NCBI RefSeq assembly: GCF_017876815.1
Contig: NZ_JAGIOS010000003.1
Location: 720,001 to 752,000, forward strand
DNA from: Sinorhizobium meliloti
GTDB taxonomy: Bacteria > Pseudomonadota > Alphaproteobacteria > Rhizobiales > Rhizobiaceae
Length of the DNA: 32,000 nt
Reading direction: 5' to 3'
Each line of letters begins with the position of its first letter. Positions within the stretch are counted from its first letter, which is position 1. Made by a program: the position numbers and the translations under genes. Shown here one piece after another: positions 26,041 through 32,000 of the stretch. The notes beneath the pieces were generated by a model that made no database searches, was not told where the DNA came from, and worked only from the letters and a program-made list of their open reading frames with translations.

Positions 26041-26138
26041 TGGTGGCGTTCCTTCCAGGGAATCAGGCGACGTTCAACATCACCAGCCTGCCATGACCGC
26101 CTCTTTCAGTGAATTTGCAGAACCTTCGGCACACTACC
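26041..26138 (-). mobile_element. solo IS256-family terminus (98 bp)
   Basis: It matches 17377..17474 at 95 of 98 positions in the same orientation. No transposase sequence is attached. Confidence 0.7.
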
Positions 26139-26561
26139 CAACATGGACGATGAGGAGCGCCGAAGAGACCTACGCTCCTCGAGCGAGTCCCTAAAAGGCG
26201 GCTCTGGTACCGATTTAGTCGCTGTAAGCACCGATTCAAGGGGGGTATTTCACCCCTTTATATCGTAGCCGGCGCGCCCTGTTGCGCGCGCTTCCCCTAG
26301 GGGCAAACCGCCGCTCACTATGCACTGAGGCTGCCCGCTGCCTGATGGCGAGGTCGCCATATATTCGCCCCAAAGAGAGACCAGTATTCCGGCAGTATTG
26401 GATAGATACTATTCCTTCCTGTTGAGTAACGCTTGGGGCGCCCGGAGTTCTTCTCCGATCGATAGCTGTCCCTAGCTGCCGTGATGGCGGAAGCCAGCGA
26501 CGACCGCGTGCGTTCACGCGTCGAAATAAGTCGGTCTTTTACAATCTGACGGGAGAATCCT

Positions 26562-27161
26562 ATGGCACGGCTACCTAGCATGGCAGCGGCAGCGCTTGCG
26601 CTTGCCTCTTCCTTCCCCTTGATCTGTGTAACGACAACCCCGGCCTCTGCACAGTCGTTGAGTGCGGGGGACGGCGGCGACATCAGCGCCAGCGACGTGC
26701 GCGACTTCCTGCGGGATGCCCTTCGCGCCCGCAGCGATAGGGGCGATCTGCTCCGGGACCTTGTCGCCGAGCGACAGGACCGTCGTGACGAGCTCTCAGA
26801 TATTCTCGGAGACGGCGGCGATCCGATGGGCGACCGCGGCGACCGGCTCGAGCGGCTTCGGGACCTCCTTGCCGCGCGGCGGGACCGCCGCGATGACCTG
26901 ATGGAACTGATCGGCGACCGCGGCGACCGGCGCGAGCGGCTCATGGACCTGATCGCCGCGCGGCGGGACCGCCGGGATGAGCTCATGGATCTGATCGGAG
27001 ACCGCGACGATCAGGGTGGAGGCCGCGGTCTCCTGCGGCAACGACTGTTGGAGCGTCTTGCCGATGGTAATGACGAAAACTGCGTCTTTATTACCCGCAG
27101 CTTGCGGGCCGAGAACGGCGACTGGCTGGCCTTCGTTCGCAGGCGGGTGTGCCGGGACTAG
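26562..27161 (+). CDS. secreted Arg/Asp-rich repeat protein, unknown family
   Basis: GGGAGA RBS. The signal peptide is MARLPSMAAAALALASSFPLICVTTTPASA. There are about eight 14-aa amphipathic units (e.g. GDRGDRLERLRDLL, AARRDRRDDLMELI), a Gly-rich linker and a two-Cys C-terminal module CVFITRSLRAENGDWLAFVRRRVC. Confidence 0.7.
   Translation: MARLPSMAAAALALASSFPLICVTTTPASAQSLSAGDGGDISASDVRDFLRDALRARSDRGDLLRDLVAERQDRRDELSDILGDGGDPMGDRGDRLERLRDLLAARRDRRDDLMELIGDRGDRRERLMDLIAARRDRRDELMDLIGDRDDQGGGRGLLRQRLLERLADGNDENCVFITRSLRAENGDWLAFVRRRVCRD
26829..26996 (+). repeat. two in-frame 84-bp tandem units (28 codons each), with a partial third starting at 26997
   Basis: Unit 1 (26829..26912) and unit 2 (26913..26996) both start ggcgaccgcggcgaccgg. 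About 11 of 84 positions differ by my count. Confidence 0.85.
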
Positions 27162-27362
27162 GCCATGGTGCCGTTTTGATATGCGTATGACCGCATGATT
27201 TTTTCCGAAACTCGCGATGGGTAACGAAGCAGATCCCGCCAGCGAATGCGCCCGCAAGTGAAAGGGGTTGTGCGCTCCAGTGCCTGCTGGCAGGCGGGGT
27301 GCACCACGCCGGGTTTGGGAATTCCTGCGCGCCAACCGCGCACGAAGCCAGGAGAAGGTGAA

Positions 27363-27710
27363 ATGAACAAGTTTCTTCTCATGACGGCAGGCCTCCTGCT
27401 GATGCCGCTCCCAGCCTTGAGTCAGAGCGCGCCCGACTCCGGCTCTCGCGACCCGGGCTCGATGCAGGATCGCGAAATCGAAGACCTGCTGCGTAGCATC
27501 ACCGACGAGGTTTCCGGCGGGAGCGGTGGCCCGCGGCGCGGCGCCGCCTTCCTGCTCCGCAGCGGCGACGCGACAGTAGCAGTCCGTTGCGACCCGCGGG
27601 AATCGATGAAAGACTGTGTGGACCTTACCACGTCGCTGCTGGAAAAGGCTCGTTCTGCGATGCCTACGGGCGGCGGCGCTCCCGGAACCGCGCCGCCGCC
27701 GCGACCATAG
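27363..27710 (+). CDS. secreted small protein, apparent single-unit relative of the upstream repeat protein
   Basis: The ATG at 27363 follows GGAGAAGG. The signal peptide is MNKFLLMTAGLLLMPLPALS. It has DREIEDLLRSITDEV-SGGSGG-...AAFLLRSGDATVAVRCDPRESMKDC and a Pro/Gly tail. Confidence 0.65.
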   Translation: MNKFLLMTAGLLLMPLPALSQSAPDSGSRDPGSMQDREIEDLLRSITDEVSGGSGGPRRGAAFLLRSGDATVAVRCDPRESMKDCVDLTTSLLEKARSAMPTGGGAPGTAPPPRP

Positions 27711-27750
27711 CCTGCTGCTTCCCGACTTGTCGGAGCCAGCAAGTGGCAAT

Positions 27751-27945
27751 TCATCTGAAGCATTCTTGCAGGGTGTTTACGATTCGAAGGACCTGGGAAG
27801 CGGCGTCATCTACGGTCACGAGTGCGATCTCCCGCAGGCCGAGCTCCAAAACGATCCGTCGCGCCGCCTGCGGCGTGACGTCGAGCGTCTTCGCCACCAT
27901 GTCGTCCGTCAACAGACGAAAGCCGTGGGCTGCTCGTCGCGCTCA
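27751..27945 (-). pseudogene. C-terminal HTH remnant resembling DUF1612-type rhizobial plasmid proteins
   Basis: The minus frame reads ARRAAHGFRLLTDDMVAKTLDVTPQAARRIVLELGLREIALVTVDD... It is bounded by stops and has no N-terminal part. Confidence 0.3.
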
Positions 27946-28015
27946 CCATCAAACGCAAAACCGAGGCTCATACTCCCGTTCGCACCGAGGTCGAGTGGAC
28001 TACCGATCCGTTAGA

Positions 28016-28323
28016 TTAGGTAGCCTCTGCCTTCGGTGGCAGTACAGCGGCGAATTCGTCGCGGGAGATGGGATTCCCGTCGATCATCTCGTAGACGGCC
28101 TTCGAGCGGCCGAGGGTGGCCAAAAGCGAAGGAGGGCCGGAGAACGGCTTACCGCCAATGTGCCACGCATCGGTGTGTAGTTCCTCGATCACCACCCAGG
28201 TCACGGACCTGAACGCCTCGGACCCTCGAACTTCACCATGACATCCGTCATCGCCTTCGCGAGCGCGTGTTTTTGGGTGCTCGTAAACACGCCGTCCACG
28301 AGTTTGATGTTCACAAAGGGTAT
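28016..28323 (-). pseudogene. tautomerase-superfamily (4-oxalocrotonate tautomerase-like) gene with a lost start codon and a frameshift
   Basis: AGGAGA RBS, then ATA-CCC-TTT (I-P-F-VNIKLVDGVFTSTQKHALAKAMTDVMVKFEG) where Met-Pro is expected. There is a 1-nt slip near 28221..28226. It continues SEAFRSVTWVVIEELHTDAWHIGGKPFSG... in ORF 28016..28204. Confidence 0.65.
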
Positions 28324-28378
28324 GAGAAAATCTCCTCTTGGTGCCACCCTCGATTGGCGGGGCAAACGTCGGACGCCA

Positions 28379-29368
28379 TCAATCGACATCGATAACAAGT
28401 TTGCCGTTGGCCTTTCGGTGTTCGATCAGCTCATGGGCGTTTGCAGCGGTCTCAAGGGTGAATGTTCTCGGATCAAGGCGCGGTGAGACTTTCCCGGCTT
28501 CCACCAGCTTCGTGGCCTCCCGCATGATATCGCCGTGGTGCTCTCGTCCCTCTCCCGTCAGGAGCGGGATCAAGGTGAAGACACCGGAGTAGGTCGCTGA
28601 TTTGAACGAGAGAGGAGCCAGGGCATGAGTTCCCCAACCGAGGCAACTCACGACATGTCCGAAGCGCGCGACGGCTTTGAATGCCGTGTCCAATCCCGCG
28701 CCGCCCACCGTGTCATAGACGACATCGAAGCCTTTGCTGCCGGAATGCCTCGCCACATAAGATTCGACCTCCTCGGAGGAATAGTCGATCGCCGTCGCTC
28801 CTAGACTGCGGAGGTAGTCTCCCTTGGACGTCGAATCGACACCGTAGACGTCGGCTCCCAGCGCGATGGCGATCTGCACAGCGATATGCCCCACGCCACC
28901 GCCGGCACCGAGTACGAGGACCGTTTGTCCAGCCCTTGCGTTGACTCTGTCAACGAGGCCCTCCCATGCGGTGATGAAGATGAGTGGCAGCGCCGCTGCC
29001 TCGCGCATGGAGAGGTTCGACGGCCTGATGGCCAATAACCGTTCGTCAACCGCCGCGTACTGAGCCAGAGAGCCTTGATGGCCGCCGACACCTCCGGTCA
29101 TGCCGTAGACCTCGTCACCGGGAGAAAACCGTGTGACGCCCCCGCCGACATCCTCCACGATCCCCGCGAGGTCGAGCCCGAGGACGGCGGGCAGTTGATG
29201 CCGGGCATGTGCTGCCGCTCCGGCGCGGATTTTAGTGTCGAGGGGGTTCACGCCGCTTGCTTTGATACGAACCAGTACCTCACCGGACTTGGGAACTGGA
29301 TGTTCGAGGTCGGAAACACGGAACGGACCATTTGCCGCCTCGACCACCGCCGCTCTCATCGTTGGCAT
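28379..29368 (-). CDS. zinc-type alcohol dehydrogenase superfamily / NADPH:quinone oxidoreductase-like
   Basis: The ATG at 29368 follows AAGGAGAA. It has MPTMRAAVVEAANGPFRV...GVNPLDTKIRAG and the dinucleotide fold TVLVLGAGGGVGHIAVQIA. It is 329 aa. Confidence 0.85.
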   Translation of the reverse strand: MPTMRAAVVEAANGPFRVSDLEHPVPKSGEVLVRIKASGVNPLDTKIRAGAAAHARHQLPAVLGLDLAGIVEDVGGGVTRFSPGDEVYGMTGGVGGHQGSLAQYAAVDERLLAIRPSNLSMREAAALPLIFITAWEGLVDRVNARAGQTVLVLGAGGGVGHIAVQIAIALGADVYGVDSTSKGDYLRSLGATAIDYSSEEVESYVARHSGSKGFDVVYDTVGGAGLDTAFKAVARFGHVVSCLGWGTHALAPLSFKSATYSGVFTLIPLLTGEGREHHGDIMREATKLVEAGKVSPRLDPRTFTLETAANAHELIEHRKANGKLVIDVD

Positions 29369-29616
29369 TTTTCTTCTCCTTGTAGCGAGCCGTTTCAAGG
29401 TGACTGTGCGCGAACTTCCGAGAGGTGGGAATCATATTTACCTTTAGCGGACCGCCTCTGGCGAAGGCACCGCTCCTCCAAAGGCGGCAAATGCGACGGC
29501 CGCTAACGTCCTAATGGAACATATGATTTCGCATTTTGCTCACGGGTATACTCTTGAGAGAGGTACCACCCGATCAGGCGTGACTGGCCGTTGATTCTTG
29601 GCAACGGGAGTTTGAA

Positions 29617-30333
29617 TTGAACAAATTGCTCGACAAGGTCATGGTGGCCCACGGGAGCCCGTCGCGGTGGAACGACCATCAAGTCGTAAGAGCCGCTGCG
29701 CTGATCGCGGGCGATCTCTGCGGTAACGGCGTGTCCGGGACGACACGTCAAATTACGGTGTACCCACATCTCGCGCGGGCGCTGGTCGAACCTTCGGGTA
29801 GCCTCAGCTGCCGGAGCGATCTCGTCGCAAATCGTCTATCGATCATTCGCGAAGACGGCACCGTCATCAGCGAGATCGAGGACGTTCGCACGATGCCAAT
29901 GAACTACGACCCTAAGGCGCGAACGGACAAGGTGTTTGGAGCTTTCCTGGCCTGCTGTACGGTCCGAACCTTGCTGACGACGCCGTTCTTGCTGGCCATG
30001 AAGGGTGTCGAAGTGAACGAACTGGTCCCGTGGAATGAGGACGGCGACCGCTGGCGGGTTCTCAGGGCTGAGTTTCCTCCCGGCTTCGACACCGCCGCCC
30101 GTGTTCACGACTTTTTCTTTGGCGGAGATTTCCTGTTGCGCAGGCACGATTACCACGTCGACGGCGACACAGGCATCACGATCACCGAACTGGTTTCCGA
30201 CTATGTCGATAATCACGGTATCAGGATGCCCAGTAAGTTGAGAGGATACCGCCGCTGTTCGGACCTCAATCCCGATCTTGCTCGCGTGCTGATATCCATA
30301 GATATCAGCACGCTGGAATTTTCGGCCACTTAG
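29617..30333 (+). CDS. hypothetical protein (238 aa)
   Basis: TTG start 7 nt after GGGAG. It has protein-like composition (…WNEDGDRWRVLRAEFPPGFDTAARVHDFFFGGDFLLRRHDYHVDGD…). No family is recognised. Confidence 0.55.
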   Translation: MNKLLDKVMVAHGSPSRWNDHQVVRAAALIAGDLCGNGVSGTTRQITVYPHLARALVEPSGSLSCRSDLVANRLSIIREDGTVISEIEDVRTMPMNYDPKARTDKVFGAFLACCTVRTLLTTPFLLAMKGVEVNELVPWNEDGDRWRVLRAEFPPGFDTAARVHDFFFGGDFLLRRHDYHVDGDTGITITELVSDYVDNHGIRMPSKLRGYRRCSDLNPDLARVLISIDISTLEFSAT

Positions 30334-30382
30334 CGTTTCGCTGAACGACGCGATTCTCCGCCAGGATGAAGAAGGAAACACG

Positions 30383-31573
30383 ATGAAGGACCTCACGCGC
30401 TGCGTCGTTACACCAAAGGTTGATACGGAAGGCTTCGTGGCACTCGGTGCTGGAGTGTACCGTGCTTCAACAATCATGTTCGAGAATGCCGAGGCATATG
30501 CCAACCGCGGAAAGCGCGGTCCCGACGGCTATAGCTATGGACTGTACGGTACGCCAACCACTCGAACACTCGAGGCCAAACTGACAGTCCTGGAGCAAGG
30601 TGTCAGGACATTCCTTTTACCGTCTGGTCAAGCAGCAAACGCAATTGCGATGCTTCCGTTCCTCAGGGCGGGTGACGGCGTGCTCCTAGCCGATTCCGTT
30701 TATCCTCCAGTACGCGATTTCGCCAATACGGACCTGGCTCGCTTCGGCGTCGAGGTTGGCTACTACGATCCTGCCGATCCATCCGATCTCGAAGCTCGCC
30801 TTAACGACCGAACCAAGATCGTCTGGTGCGAGTCGCCAGGGTCTACAACTATGGAAGTCCAGGACCTTCCGAGGATCGCGGACATCGCTCATCGGTATGG
30901 GGCATTGCTTGGCTGCGACAACACCTGGGCGACGCCGTTGAACTACAAGCCGCTGTCACTCGGAGCCGACATCGTCACGGAAGGGCTGACCAAGTATATT
31001 TCGGGACACTCCGATGTCTTGCTGGGATCGTTGACGGTCCGGGATGAACAGCTAACGGCTCCGATACGGTCTACGCTTGGAAGGTTGGGAATATGCGTCT
31101 CTCCTGACGACGCCTCGTTGGTTTTGAGAGGACTCGAAACACTTGGCGTCCGCATGAGACATGCCAGCGAAGGCGCATTGCAGTTGATCTCCCGGATTCA
31201 GGCAGCCGATATCGTGGACCGCGTTCTTCACCCTGCTCTGCCCACGAGCCCCGGACACTCGATCTGGAAACGAGATTTCCTCGGCTCGTCCGGTGTGTTC
31301 GGCATTGTTTTCAAGGAAGGTCTTTCGCGCCATGTCGCGCCCTCACTCGACGTGCTCAAGACGTTCGCGATCGGGGCGTCCTGGGGCGGAACACGCAGTC
31401 TGATCGCGCCGATGCCCGTGAAGGCCTACCGGTCGGTGACACAATGGGACGGAGATGATCTCATTCTGCGTCTTAGCGTCGGCTTAGAAGACCATCAAGA
31501 CCTCGTTGAAGATGTCGACGCTCTTCTCAAGGAGATTTCCGCACGGCGCTCCGCGTGGACCATCCCGCGCTGA
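30383..31573 (+). CDS. metC: cystathionine beta-lyase (PLP-dependent Cys/Met metabolism family)
   Basis: 396 aa. It has YSYGLYGTPTTRTLEAKLTVLEQG, ESPGSTTMEVQDLP, DNTWATPLNYKPLSLGADIVTEGLTKYISGHSDVLLG (PLP lysine) and GASWGGTRSLI. Confidence 0.85.
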   Translation: MKDLTRCVVTPKVDTEGFVALGAGVYRASTIMFENAEAYANRGKRGPDGYSYGLYGTPTTRTLEAKLTVLEQGVRTFLLPSGQAANAIAMLPFLRAGDGVLLADSVYPPVRDFANTDLARFGVEVGYYDPADPSDLEARLNDRTKIVWCESPGSTTMEVQDLPRIADIAHRYGALLGCDNTWATPLNYKPLSLGADIVTEGLTKYISGHSDVLLGSLTVRDEQLTAPIRSTLGRLGICVSPDDASLVLRGLETLGVRMRHASEGALQLISRIQAADIVDRVLHPALPTSPGHSIWKRDFLGSSGVFGIVFKEGLSRHVAPSLDVLKTFAIGASWGGTRSLIAPMPVKAYRSVTQWDGDDLILRLSVGLEDHQDLVEDVDALLKEISARRSAWTIPR

Positions 31574-31850
31574 AGAAGCTCGAAATGGGCTTACACGGCA
31601 GTGGCATGCGCCAAGTGAGGAACACCGCACAATACGAGTTTCTCAAAGCTCAAAGACAAAAGAGCGGATCAGATCGGAGACGAAGGGCGTCAAATGAGCC
31701 TGTTCGATCTTTTAACGCGTTGGAGAACACAACGTTGTAGCCGTGGTTGCTGAAGGGAACGTCGCGACGCTAATCGTTGTCGCTCCGGAAATTGCCGCAT
31801 TATTTGCGATCTTCCACGCCGGGGACGCCCCGCCGTAAGGTAGAGTACGG

Positions 31851-32000
31851 TCACGACTTCGATTTGACAGCATCCATTACTCGAGTGGAATAAACCAAAC
31901 CCGCGCCGGCGTTGACGCCGATCGCAGTGCCGAGGGCCTCAGCGATCTCTTCGCGCGTCGCACCGGCTTTTAAAGCGGCGTCCGTGTGGACAACGATGCA
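31851..32000 (-). CDS. carboxymuconolactone decarboxylase (AhpD-like) family protein, C-terminal 49 codons (partial)
   Basis: The minus frame reads CIVVHTDAALKAGATREEIAEALGTAIGVNAGAGLVYSTRVMDAVKSKS*. The CxxxH...GATxEEI pattern matches the family. The N-terminus lies beyond the window end. Confidence 0.7.
   Translation of the reverse strand, partial: CIVVHTDAALKAGATREEIAEALGTAIGVNAGAGLVYSTRVMDAVKSKS

Noticed and set aside
26829-26996. Tandem repeats as a CRISPR array
   Set aside because: The units are contiguous with no spacers, are 84 bp long, stay in frame within a coding sequence, and have no cas genes nearby.
26318-27749. Long minus-strand ORFs (222 and 317 aa), very Ser/Arg-rich
   Set aside because: They are antisense products of the GC-rich tandem repeat and of the two plus-strand secreted-protein genes. 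They have no signal, RBS or family features.
29836-30504. 222-aa minus-strand ORF
   Set aside because: It overlaps the 29617..30333 ORF and the start of metC in antisense and has no supporting motifs.
1-32000. tRNA, rRNA and tmRNA genes
   Set aside because: I saw no T-loop/acceptor-like signatures (e.g. GGTTCGAATCC-type) and no rRNA-like conserved blocks when reading either strand. No tRNA-scanning program was run.

Overview
About 60% GC. The gene content looks alpha-proteobacterial and Rhizobiaceae-like (BA14K, FixK, nap, many IS66/ISL3/IS256/IS701 copies, a DUF1612-type remnant), so this is most likely an accessory plasmid or island. I see four blocks. (1) 1-8.1 kb is a microoxic-respiration-flavoured block. 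It holds a FixK-type Crp/Fnr regulator, three TTGA-N6-TCAA boxes, an intact tetrahaem NapC, a frameshifted NapB with no NapA, a monohaem cytochrome c, an AI-2E transporter and a membrane-anchored wHTH-TPR regulator. (2) 8.3-19 kb is an IS graveyard. An IS66 element with exact 8-bp target duplication is nested inside an IS30-family element. There are also IS5, integrase, ISL3 (two opposed fragments), IS256 and IS701 remnants, two truncated channel-like genes, and a lower-GC islet with small Cys-rich genes. (3) 19-26 kb holds an intact Cache-HAMP class III adenylate cyclase, BA14K, decayed GH19 lysin and MgtC genes, and a second diverged inverted copy of the wHTH-TPR regulator. (4) 26-32 kb holds two adjacent secreted Arg/Asp-repeat proteins of unknown family, a Qor-tautomerase pair (tautomerase decayed), a hypothetical gene, metC and a partial CMD-family gene. 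I found no rRNA, tRNA or CRISPR. The least explained items are the secreted repeat-protein pair, the inverted regulator paralogues with a hypervariable transmembrane segment and palindromic leader, and the FixK-box-driven orphan NapC/cytochrome module. All family assignments come from reading motifs by eye. No database search was run.
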